Below are positions 51,081-59,808 of a stretch of DNA of 64,000 bases, one piece after another. The DNA is from a virus (Duplodnaviria; Caudoviricetes). Position 1 is the first letter of the stretch. Every line of letters begins with the position of its first letter. A program made the position numbers and the translations under genes. Location of the stretch: positions 64,001 to 128,000 of the IMG/VR virus record IMGVR_UViG_3300035522_000179; one strand, 5' to 3'. The notes under the pieces are model-generated. The model had not been told where the DNA came from, ran no database searches, and saw only the letters and a list, made by a program, of their open reading frames with translations.

Positions 51081-51736
51081 TATTTAACGATAATTTTACG
51101 ACCACTCTTGAAATACTCTGTCAATTCATCCACATGGCTTGCATCGACAATCTGATTGAAACTAACCGGAAAGCTATGAGAGTTTTTATTGGTTGTTTCA
51201 TGAATGAACAAAGTATACAAACCATAAAGTTCCATATACTTTGTGGGAAGAGCTTTCAATCGATCAATCATAGTCTTTTCTGTGATTCCTCTTCTGTCTG
51301 CTTCTGCTTTTACAAATCCTGAACCAATCACAATATCATCAGTTGTATCCAGATCCAAAACAGAAAGTATCGAAGAAACAAACTTAATATCTGCAAAAAA
51401 CTTATCATTGAACTTCTTTTCTACAATACGAACTCCAGTCCCTTTGTAATGCGCAAAGATCTGGTTTAACAAAGTCTCATTGTAATACTTCCCATCTGTA
51501 GGAACGTCAGTATTAAACGTGACTTTCTCATCACTTTTGATTGCGATGGTATCTTTCGTGATTTGACCTTCCGTTATGGTAACACTAACCGCATCTTCTA
51601 TTGGGATATCTAATTTTACAGGAGCACCGAAATTCGGATCAATTGACTTGTTAGACGTTGCTGATGGTTTACTTTCTGGTTTCTTTTTTGAACTAGCAAA
51701 TATATTCGTAAACGCATTAATCAGTGATTTAATCAT
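51080..51736 (-). CDS. Hypothetical early protein
   Basis: TATATTAT at 51758-51765 on minus; RBS. Confidence 0.7.
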   Translation of the reverse strand: MIKSLINAFTNIFASSKKKPESKPSATSNKSIDPNFGAPVKLDIPIEDAVSVTITEGQITKDTIAIKSDEKVTFNTDVPTDGKYYNETLLNQIFAHYKGTGVRIVEKKFNDKFFADIKFVSSILSVLDLDTTDDIVIGSGFVKAEADRRGITEKTMIDRLKALPTKYMELYGLYTLFIHETTNKNSHSFPVSFNQIVDASHVDELTEYFKSGRKIIVK

Positions 51737-51835
51737 TTTATTTCCCCCTTATTTAAAATAATATAAAAAAATTAAAGGGTTATAGAAACCCTTTAATTTT
51801 TTGTTAATAACATAATTAGTCAATCTGAGAATGAA

Positions 51836-53341
51836 TTACATATCGTCGTCGTCATCATCCTCATCATCGATTTCCCATTCGTTCTCATCCTCGTCGTCAT
51901 CCTTATCTTCATCGAAATACGAAGCAGGTGCATAGTTAAACTTACGAGGCTCAGCGGTACCAATGAAACTATCCAGTGAATTACGCTTGAGAGTAACCGT
52001 GCCATCATCATCAGATTCCTTTACTTCTTCAGGTTTCTCTTCCTCCTGCAGACCGAGCTCCTCATAACTAGCCACATTCTTCTTGAGCATGTTGTTCTTT
52101 TCAAGCACATTCTGGATGATTATCTGCTCAAGCTCTGCAGGATTCACAGGGAAGGTAATACCCTTAAGAACTTCCTTCGGATCGCCACCGCGATTCTCAA
52201 CCATCACCTTTGCATACTCCTCAGACAGGTCATCCATATCTATGCAGATATCAAATCTTCCAGATCTTCTAAGAGCGGGATCAAGCTTCTCCGGATAGTT
52301 AGTAGTTGCAACAACGATTGCACAGTTGTCCATGGTATCCATTGCTCTAAGAAGCTGTAACAATCTTCTGGAATGAGTCAGTGCATTGGTAATCTCTTTC
52401 TGAGAAGTCTCTGCACGATTGATCAACTGAGAGTCAATCTCATCGATGACGAACACAGTGTTCGGTTTGTTGAACTGGTTATCTCCCTCCTCCTTATCGA
52501 AGTAGTCCAGGTTCACAGAAACACAGTTCATATCCAGATGCTGTGCAAGAGAGAATGCAAATGCAGTCTTTCCTGTTCCAGGCTTACCGGAAAGAAGGAT
52601 TCCCAAACGATAAGGAACACTGAACTCTTTGTAGATTGCTTCCTTTGCAACGAAGTCAGAAATCTGTGCAAGGAGTTCCTCTTTTGCAGGGAAGGTAAGG
52701 AAGTTCATCGGGCGAATGCGAAGATCATTAGAAGCCTCACCTGCGGAAGAGATGGACTGATAACGAAGTCTGTTATTTCCCTGGGAGGACTTACTTACTT
52801 CAGATACCAGATCATCAATCTCTTTTCTTACTTTGTTATACCACTTCTCTCTGTGAGGACCAACGAAGAACATCTTTGTGGAGAAGTTCATCACCACGCC
52901 GGAAATGCCGTTGGAAGAACGATCGTCATCATTTAAGATCGGCTCTTTCACCACAATCATTCTGGTTCCGTCTTTGTCCATGCGAAGGCTGTAAAGTCCA
53001 GGAGCAATGGTTTTGTTTACCAGTTCCGGGAAGCAAGATACTTTCTTCTTTACTCTCTCGATAGATGCAGAGCAAAGTGCGAAGGAAGGATCCACATCCA
53101 TCAGGGTGGAGCCATACTTCTTGGATAAGTACTTGTTCTCAAGAACACTCACGCAGGACTTGGAGATATAAGTATCATAGTGACCGCTCACCTCAAAGAA
53201 GTTGCAGACATTCTCTTCCACTGCCTTCTTCAGACTCAACTTAATCGGGTCGATAATACGCTGTACTGAATAATGGGTGGCGTCAATTACTTTCTCGGTA
53301 ATTTGATTTGCAATAGCGAAATTTACTCCGTTAAAATACAT
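51836..53341 (-). CDS. BCS1-like AAA+ ATPase with an acidic tail
   Basis: PYRLGILLSGKPGTGKT (Walker A), VIDEID (Walker B), TTNYPEKLDPALRRSGRFD (SRH). Confidence 0.9.
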   Translation of the reverse strand: MYFNGVNFAIANQITEKVIDATHYSVQRIIDPIKLSLKKAVEENVCNFFEVSGHYDTYISKSCVSVLENKYLSKKYGSTLMDVDPSFALCSASIERVKKKVSCFPELVNKTIAPGLYSLRMDKDGTRMIVVKEPILNDDDRSSNGISGVVMNFSTKMFFVGPHREKWYNKVRKEIDDLVSEVSKSSQGNNRLRYQSISSAGEASNDLRIRPMNFLTFPAKEELLAQISDFVAKEAIYKEFSVPYRLGILLSGKPGTGKTAFAFSLAQHLDMNCVSVNLDYFDKEEGDNQFNKPNTVFVIDEIDSQLINRAETSQKEITNALTHSRRLLQLLRAMDTMDNCAIVVATTNYPEKLDPALRRSGRFDICIDMDDLSEEYAKVMVENRGGDPKEVLKGITFPVNPAELEQIIIQNVLEKNNMLKKNVASYEELGLQEEEKPEEVKESDDDGTVTLKRNSLDSFIGTAEPRKFNYAPASYFDEDKDDDEDENEWEIDDEDDDDDDM

Positions 53342-53422
53342 GGTTTTAATCTCCTTTTTGTTTAATAATGTTTCATAAGGTATTTTGATGTGGTAATGAA
53401 ATGAATCATTACCACATCTTTG

Positions 53423-53932
53423 TTAAACGATCTGATGCTTACGTACTCGTTTTTGCATCCGTTTGATTTTTAGGTGTCTCCATTTGATAATATCTTTTTC
53501 TTCAATCATCTTTTTATGACAAAGATACTCGATACTTAATTCCACACCTACAATGGCATCAATAATATCTTTCTTATTATGACGCCCTCTTCCTTTTTTG
53601 CAAATGACTTTTTGAAGATTTGCAAGTTCCCAAATACAAGAGTTCAAGATTTTTCTTTCTGAGCAAGCGTCACAATACTGCTTGTGATCTTTTCTCATTT
53701 TCTCTTTCTCCTTGTCAATGGTTTTTCGTTTGATGGTGAAAGTGTTCATGATTAGAGAAGACATGATTTCCACATCTGCAATCTCTTCACATAAGTCTTC
53801 AATGTTTCCCGTCTTTTCTAAGATATTCGAAAATTCGGTAATGAGTTCAGAGATCTCTTCTAACGCTAAAATACACGCTTGAGATTTTCTGAGACTTTTT
53901 GTTACTTCGTTTAGAACCTTATTCTCCTTCAT
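53423..53932 (-). CDS. MazG-like nucleotide pyrophosphohydrolase with a tandem degenerate copy
   Basis: EEISEL...EEIADV; second unit WELANL...DAIVGV. Confidence 0.65.
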   Translation of the reverse strand: MKENKVLNEVTKSLRKSQACILALEEISELITEFSNILEKTGNIEDLCEEIADVEIMSSLIMNTFTIKRKTIDKEKEKMRKDHKQYCDACSERKILNSCIWELANLQKVICKKGRGRHNKKDIIDAIVGVELSIEYLCHKKMIEEKDIIKWRHLKIKRMQKRVRKHQIV

Positions 53933-54627
53933 ACCGCAATTGTCTCAATCCTTTCATTGACTACCAAATTGTTCAGACTGCCGGAAGTAAGAAATGAATT
54001 CGAAGATACAAGTCCAAAATCCCGTGCAGCCTTTCTCTCCATCTCTTCTTCTTCCTCATCATCTTCTTGGTACATCAGAACTTCGATATCCACATCTCTT
54101 AAATCTGACTCCTCCCGTTTCTTACTAAAATCCATTAATACAAATTCGGGTCTTAGTATTTTTGCTTCTCGATATAATAATGTATCAATTAATTCTGTTT
54201 TAGTAATGTTAAATGAGAGGTCGCATGGAGATATTCCAAACTCCGATTCAAACTGATCCCACCGTTTAACCAGATCATCATGTATTATGCTTGTCTGATT
54301 ATCCTTCACATACCGATACTTTAAATTCCCAAGCGAGTTGGAAGAAGTGATTGTCAGATCAGAAAATGCAAATGAAGTGGACGTTTCAAAACCATCGTCA
54401 GAAACTCGAAACCAATGATTGGTATCAATCAAATTCCAATTTTGAGAGGAAACCCAATCTTGCGCAGTACCAGCCGTATAGAGGAATTCAAAAGGTCTAC
54501 TAAGAAATTGATCTTCCTCGTTGTGCTCTCTTTTTACCCAAGGAATACGTTGACTGCGCGAGATTGAGAAAGGTTCGTTAAAGTCACGGTCTACCGTTAA
54601 GTCAATATCTGCCGGTAAGCTTTTCAT
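53929..54627 (-). CDS. Hypothetical protein
   Basis: Overlapping start and stop with both neighbours. Confidence 0.7.
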   Translation of the reverse strand: MKSLPADIDLTVDRDFNEPFSISRSQRIPWVKREHNEEDQFLSRPFEFLYTAGTAQDWVSSQNWNLIDTNHWFRVSDDGFETSTSFAFSDLTITSSNSLGNLKYRYVKDNQTSIIHDDLVKRWDQFESEFGISPCDLSFNITKTELIDTLLYREAKILRPEFVLMDFSKKREESDLRDVDIEVLMYQEDDEEEEEMERKAARDFGLVSSNSFLTSGSLNNLVVNERIETIAV

Positions 54628-55379
54628 GCATTCATCCCCTTAGAGAAATCTTCCTTCGTCTCAACTGGTGTTACTCGAACTACCGGATTTACGCCTGTTT
54701 CAATCACCATTTTACCAACGAGTTTCTCGAAGGTAAGATCACAGTATTCATCCACCCAGTCTGCAATGCAGAAGAGTTTCTCATACATATTTCCAGCCAT
54801 GCTTTTACGGGAGCTGTCTACTTTCAGAGCACCAAACAAAATTGGGTCTTTCTCTTTACGAGTTTTCTCGACCTGTTTTTCTGCCTCTCCTGTGTAATCC
54901 GTAAACACAATGTAGCCTTTGTCAAATTTATCTTTGATTGCCAGCCACTTATCTGCAACATCATCTGGAATCTCTCTCGGATAATCTTCAATTGCAATAA
55001 TCTTAATACATCTGCCGGATACATTCTCGATGAAATTGCGGACGTTCTCCGCATTCACGTAAATATCGTACCCAAGATCCAGAAGCTCTAATTCTCTTCT
55101 TAACACTTCCATGTGAAGCTTTGCTTTTGTCGCTGCTGGCACCTGACCGAGCTTTTCAAATTTCTCAATCATCTGCTTGCAAATATCATAAGCTTTCTTC
55201 ACATATTCAGAATTCGTTGTCTCTTTCATCCCTTTTACATAATCAAAATACTCCTTGGGAGAAAGAGTTGTGACGTCTACTTTCTTCGTCTCTTCGGTAG
55301 TGGTTTCCTCAGTTACTTCCTCTGCCGCTACCACTTCTTCGGTGAGTTCTTCACTCTTTTTCTTTCTAGGCATTTTCAT
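54624..55379 (-). CDS. Hypothetical protein
   Basis: 251 aa, AGGAGG RBS. Confidence 0.75.
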   Translation of the reverse strand: MKMPRKKKSEELTEEVVAAEEVTEETTTEETKKVDVTTLSPKEYFDYVKGMKETTNSEYVKKAYDICKQMIEKFEKLGQVPAATKAKLHMEVLRRELELLDLGYDIYVNAENVRNFIENVSGRCIKIIAIEDYPREIPDDVADKWLAIKDKFDKGYIVFTDYTGEAEKQVEKTRKEKDPILFGALKVDSSRKSMAGNMYEKLFCIADWVDEYCDLTFEKLVGKMVIETGVNPVVRVTPVETKEDFSKGMNA

Positions 55380-55725
55380 TTTCCTCCTGATCTTCCTCTA
55401 TAAAACTTTTTGCAAAGGATTCCAACTCTTCGTAGAAATCTTTATCAGTATCTGTTTCTTTATCGAAGTCATCGATTTCCACGCCGTATCCATCCACAGC
55501 CTGCAGCTTCGAAATGGTTTTCTTCTCAGAATCATCTACCATGAAGGTAATCACAACTTCATTATTCTCCGAAGGAAACTCCATCTCAATTTCATAGAAA
55601 TCCTTCGGTTCACGATTCGGGGAATCCGAAGAATCAGAAGGGACTGCACTAAACTCTCTGTAAGAGACGACACAATCCTCTTCATCAATCTCTTCTCCCA
55701 AAATCAATTGATCAAACAGTTTCAT
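55366..55725 (-). CDS. Acidic hypothetical protein; start reassigned to 55725
   Basis: AGGAGG RBS before MKLFDQL. Confidence 0.65.
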   Translation of the reverse strand: MKLFDQLILGEEIDEEDCVVSYREFSAVPSDSSDSPNREPKDFYEIEMEFPSENNEVVITFMVDDSEKKTISKLQAVDGYGVEIDDFDKETDTDKDFYEELESFAKSFIEEDQEENENA

Positions 55726-56047
55726 CTTCTTTACCTCCTGTATGTGACTTATTGTATTCGGTTTTACTAATACTAGTAGCCCATAAAGGATCCAGTAAAT
55801 CAATTTTGCTAGAGCAACTAATACACGTGGTACTTGTATCCAGTGCATTTTGAAGGGTGACGATTTCAAAATGCGTTCCACATCGTTTGCAAGTGCATTT
55901 GTAGTATCTTGTCATTTTAGTAGGGGAACCATTACGATTCCCCTTTTTGTTTTCTCTGCAGCGAAGTTCCATATCGACTAAAACAAAGCCGATAAGCGCT
56001 ACAATGAACACGAATAAGCAGGACACGAATATTTCTTTTGTCTTCAT
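55712..56047 (-). CDS. Membrane-anchored Zn-ribbon protein
   Basis: N-terminal TM helix; CKRCG...CISCS. Confidence 0.65.
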   Translation of the reverse strand: MKTKEIFVSCLFVFIVALIGFVLVDMELRCRENKKGNRNGSPTKMTRYYKCTCKRCGTHFEIVTLQNALDTSTTCISCSSKIDLLDPLWATSISKTEYNKSHTGGKEDETV

Positions 56048-56076
56048 GTTAGTTTGTCTCCTTTTCTACTCATTTC

Positions 56077-56613
56077 TTAATCGTTCTTCGCTTCTTCTAA
56101 AAACATGCGAGAATCAAGGAACTCGTTAATTCCTGCATTAACTCCCTTGCTAAGATATTTCCCATCCGACCAGTTATCTCTGATATGATACCACGAAATA
56201 TTCATGTAGCAACGAAAGTTGGCAGGATAACCGGTGCTACCAAGGACTTCTGTTTCAAATCCCATGTTTTTGAAAACTTCCTCAATCGGTTTAATAGTAT
56301 CACCATATGCAATCGATGACGGGATTTTTAACCGCAACTGAAAATTTTCGTCAATAACTTTAACGTCATTTGTTTCAGCACCAATGAATATGATATCTGC
56401 AGAATAATTCCCCTGATGTTTCATTTTGCTTAAATATGACATGATATGAAATCCTATTTTCGTGCCATATTTAAAACCCTCCTGTTTATAGTCAGAATTA
56501 ATGCAAATACCAGGGTTTTTATTCCAAAATTCTTTGATCAATGTTTCAATCCTATTCAGATCGTTTGTAAGACTATTACTCATGGTAACCGGAGCCTGCT
56601 CTTTTTTCTTCAT
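56077..56613 (-). CDS. Hypothetical protein, possibly related to the repeat units of 56615-58519
   Basis: KIP...IEEVFKNMGF...MNISW. Confidence 0.65.
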   Translation of the reverse strand: MKKKEQAPVTMSNSLTNDLNRIETLIKEFWNKNPGICINSDYKQEGFKYGTKIGFHIMSYLSKMKHQGNYSADIIFIGAETNDVKVIDENFQLRLKIPSSIAYGDTIKPIEEVFKNMGFETEVLGSTGYPANFRCYMNISWYHIRDNWSDGKYLSKGVNAGINEFLDSRMFLEEAKND

Positions 56614-56614
56614 A

Positions 56615-58519
56615 TTATTCTACCTCTTCATCGTAATCAATGAAAACGGGATTGTAAGGACTCTGATCTCCAGGAGTAATCCAATCAATATGGATATTGT
56701 AGAAGAAGTCTCCATATCCGTTATATTCAGTCTTTTCGAAGATCACCCGAAATCTTTTGCTTGTATATCTATAATAGATGAAAGCCATGATATCATCAAA
56801 GTTCTTCTTGTACTTATCCGGGATAATCAGTTTCACTAGATTGTCATCTCTGTTGTACTTCTCGGTCGTAGCAAAGATGTTGATTCCATCATACCCATTC
56901 GTAGCGCAGGAAACCATATACTTGTCGATGATCTCTGCAAACTGATCTATCAGATCGTGACAAGGCAAGGGAATTGCATGTTTTGCATAGAAGCTCGTAT
57001 CCTGCAAATACTCCAGAGTGATAGGACCTTTGGAAACCTCCTTTTCATTGTTTTCTTTCTTTTCAATTTCTTTCTCTTCCATTGCTTTCTCCTCTTCTTT
57101 CTCGGTATTGGATTTTCTTGTGATTGAACATTTCACACGATTATTGATTCCTATAATATCCTTTTTATCAACTACAGAGAATCCTAAGTCGTTGATCTCC
57201 GAAATAATAGCATCTACCTCAGAAGACAACCCAAGTTCTGTAGGAATATAGATGTTTGCAAAGTCTGATTTCGCATAACAACTTCCATCTTTAATCGGTC
57301 CCACTCCTACATACTCGCGGAAATTGATAGGTACTTCCGTCTTTCCAAGGTCCATTTCTTCTTTTGCATATTCAACGATTTCCCGAGCTATATTAGATAC
57401 ATACAGATTCTTTTCAGGAGTAGGGGTGGTTCTCATGTTTTTATCAAGAGAATCAAATGTTTGAATAGGAATACTCATCTTGTAGTAATCGTCTCCGGAA
57501 AGATTTCCTGAGAGTTCCTTCGTTTCTTCCTCAGATTTCCTTCCCCAAGTGAATGCCAGATGAGCATATCCAGCACTCGGGCTATTAAAGCATCCGATCG
57601 TATATTCATAGTTGCATATAGATGAACTGATATATCTCCGTATAGCATCCACGATAAAATTAACACTAACGGGAGTCTCAAACGGTATTTTCAAAGCATG
57701 TGTAGCTTCAGTATATGCTTTTACTACTCTCGGATCTTCCGGGTCTGATACAAGGAAAACTTCTGCCGTGGAAAATCCACTGTCATTACATCTACAAATA
57801 AAACTCTTAATTTCATGAAGAATGCGATGCACCTCATACTCTCTCTTATGTCTGTTCATCAGGGTATCTCCTTTCACCTTGAATAAATTGGAATAACTAA
57901 AATCCTCTCTAGAGGATGAGTAGTAGGGATCATTCTTCACTCGTACCATATCTTCTTCCTCTTCCTCGCAGTAATTATCCCTGGAAAGATTTCCCAGTTT
58001 GCCGTAGTTCTCGTTCAATTGAATCGTTATTATAACGGAATACGGGTTGACATCTGTGGAGATAGTAATAGAAAATCCGCATGGGTTTATAGATTGTATA
58101 TAATCCCGCACTTTACCTATGATATAATCCGTTTGCTCATTCGTAAATGCTGACGGAATTTCAAAGGTTACGTCAGGGTTGTACCGCTTCAAAACTCTCT
58201 GATTTTTCACGTCTGTTAAAAGTAAAATTGTTACCGGTGAGGTTTCTTTACTAAAATGCTCAATGAAGAAACTCTCAATTTCATAAATAACGTGATGCAC
58301 CTCATACTCGGTCTTATACTTCTCCATCACTACATCTTCTTCCCCATCATCTGACACCGCCCGGACATAGTCCATATAAGCCTGCTCATTTTTTACGTCT
58401 TTTGCTTCTTTCTCCTTTGTCGTTTTTGCCTTTTTGGTCTTCTGGTTTTCTTTCTTACCAGATTCCTTCTTCGTGGTTTCGACCTTTTCTTCTTCTCCGG
58501 GCACTTTCTTTTTCGTCAT
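56615..58519 (-). CDS. Early protein with tandem repeated domains
   Basis: EYEVHHVIYEIESF / EYEVHRILHEIKSF; GNLSRDNY / GNLSGDDY; TATATTAT at 58597-58604. Confidence 0.75.
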   Translation of the reverse strand: MTKKKVPGEEEKVETTKKESGKKENQKTKKAKTTKEKEAKDVKNEQAYMDYVRAVSDDGEEDVVMEKYKTEYEVHHVIYEIESFFIEHFSKETSPVTILLLTDVKNQRVLKRYNPDVTFEIPSAFTNEQTDYIIGKVRDYIQSINPCGFSITISTDVNPYSVIITIQLNENYGKLGNLSRDNYCEEEEEDMVRVKNDPYYSSSREDFSYSNLFKVKGDTLMNRHKREYEVHRILHEIKSFICRCNDSGFSTAEVFLVSDPEDPRVVKAYTEATHALKIPFETPVSVNFIVDAIRRYISSSICNYEYTIGCFNSPSAGYAHLAFTWGRKSEEETKELSGNLSGDDYYKMSIPIQTFDSLDKNMRTTPTPEKNLYVSNIAREIVEYAKEEMDLGKTEVPINFREYVGVGPIKDGSCYAKSDFANIYIPTELGLSSEVDAIISEINDLGFSVVDKKDIIGINNRVKCSITRKSNTEKEEEKAMEEKEIEKKENNEKEVSKGPITLEYLQDTSFYAKHAIPLPCHDLIDQFAEIIDKYMVSCATNGYDGINIFATTEKYNRDDNLVKLIIPDKYKKNFDDIMAFIYYRYTSKRFRVIFEKTEYNGYGDFFYNIHIDWITPGDQSPYNPVFIDYDEEVE

Positions 58520-58629
58520 ACGATATGTCTCCTTTCATTTATAAACTCAAGAAATTACTTTTTAAATTCCTCGAGTTATTTATTCAATTCTAATAAATAA
58601 TATATGGTTTAATTTTTAAAGTAATTCAG

Positions 58630-58770
58630 TCACCTACACGCCCATAAAAAAGCAAAGACAAATACATTAAGTATTTCCAATGCAGCTAACAAATAGTATT
58701 TATGTTCAAACATAATAATCAGTTGCAACGCCCAAATGATAGCGAAGCAAGCCGTCCAAAAAATCCTCAT
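58630..58770 (-). CDS. Small two-helix membrane protein (46 aa), absent from the ORF track
   Basis: GGAGGT RBS; MRIFWTACFAIIWALQLIIMFEHKYYLLAALEILNVFVFAFLWACR*. Confidence 0.65.
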   Translation of the reverse strand: MRIFWTACFAIIWALQLIIMFEHKYYLLAALEILNVFVFAFLWACR

Positions 58771-58782
58771 ACTGGATACCTC

Positions 58783-58938
58783 CTAATAACTCATCAATAA
58801 TATGACTATTATTAGAATTGCTATTATAATGGATCGAATAATACATCGGATAGATCTATTCATTATTTCTCCAATGAGGTCAAATACTAACATAAACATG
58901 ATTAAAGTCAGAATGCTAGTCTTTAACAATACTTCCAT
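58783..58938 (-). CDS. Small two-helix membrane protein (51 aa), absent from the ORF track
   Basis: AAGGAG RBS; MEVLLKTSILTLIMFMLVFDLIGEIMNRSIRCIIRSIIIAILIIVILLMSY*. Confidence 0.65.
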   Translation of the reverse strand: MEVLLKTSILTLIMFMLVFDLIGEIMNRSIRCIIRSIIIAILIIVILLMSY

Positions 58939-58951
58939 CAATTTTATCTCC

Positions 58952-59116
58952 TTATTGATATTCTCCTTTGAGTATAGAATATACTGCCCACACGAAAAAG
59001 CACAAGAGAAAACCTATAAGAAATCCTTTCTTACTCATTCTCATTCCTTCTTTTATACAAAGAATCATCAAAAGGATCTCTACTATAAGTGAAGCAAAAA
59101 TCTTAAATATGTCCAT
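58952..59116 (-). CDS. Small two-helix membrane protein (54 aa), absent from the ORF track
   Basis: GGAGG RBS; MDIFKIFASLIVEILLMILCIKEGMRMSKKGFLIGFLLCFFVWAVYSILKGEYQ*. Confidence 0.65.
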   Translation of the reverse strand: MDIFKIFASLIVEILLMILCIKEGMRMSKKGFLIGFLLCFFVWAVYSILKGEYQ

Positions 59117-59201
59117 TTTCGTCCTCCGCATTTATTTCTGGTTAGACAGTAGTATTCGCCCAGAGAAACCAAATTCTTAAGACGAACACTACTGTTTTTT
59201 A

Positions 59202-59378
59202 TTACAGGGTACAGAAGTTATACAGATCAATCTTCTGTCCTTTGGTTACAGAAAAGTAATCATTTAACAAACCAGTATCTCTCGATGTAATCATATGCTT
59301 TACTGGATCATACTTACGAAACATCTTCTTTACTGATTCATCCATAATTCCGATGATGTTTAAAATATCTCCGTCAAA
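59202..59378 (-). CDS. RNA polymerase beta' N-terminal subunit, exon 2
   Basis: FDGDILNIIGIMDESVKKMFRKYDP...YNFCTL* completes the NADFDGD motif. Confidence 0.92.
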   Translation of the reverse strand, partial: FDGDILNIIGIMDESVKKMFRKYDPVKHMITSRDTGLLNDYFSVTKGQKIDLYNFCTL

Positions 59379-59808
59379 CACGAGATCCCATATTTTTCAA
59401 TATGGCGTGGACTATATCTTCATCCTTAATCTATGTACACATTAAGGAGTCACGCGCTCCCACTCTAGCCCGCAAACTAGAATGTACCCTACTCAGAATC
59501 TTGATATCTTAGATATGATATTTCAAAATTCTTTTCAATAGTCTCTACACTTTATTATCTGTATTGCTAGATAATCTTAGCACGGTATTATCTGCTATCC
59601 ATTTCTGGACCGTAGGTTTTCTTACGAAGCTTATTCGCTCATGGATACTATATATATATATATAAATATAGCAGCTTATAATTGTCATATAAGCAATCTT
59701 AGTTCACTTCTACCGTTAGCAAGCTATATTATAACTCACACCGCTTGTTAGGCGTTCACGTGAAGCTCTGTATAGTATTACTACTATACACCGACAATGA
59801 CTTAGCTC
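59379..59808 (-). ncRNA. Group I self-splicing intron (430 nt, no ORF, probably subgroup IA)
   Basis: 5' exon ends in U, paired in P1 (GCCGAU/GUCGGU); terminal G; R-like GUAGAGACUAU; S element AAGAUAUAGUCC; P9 with a GAAA loop. Confidence 0.93.

Noticed and set aside
58802-59180. Plus-strand ORFs 58802-59092 and 58968-59180
   Set aside because: They are antisense to three RBS-supported minus-strand genes that match the local gene direction.
59716-59808. Last 30 residues of the 440-aa ORF (ELSHCRC...NIAC) as real protein or an intein
   Set aside because: This is read-through into the group I intron. There are no intein terminal motifs and the frame stops.
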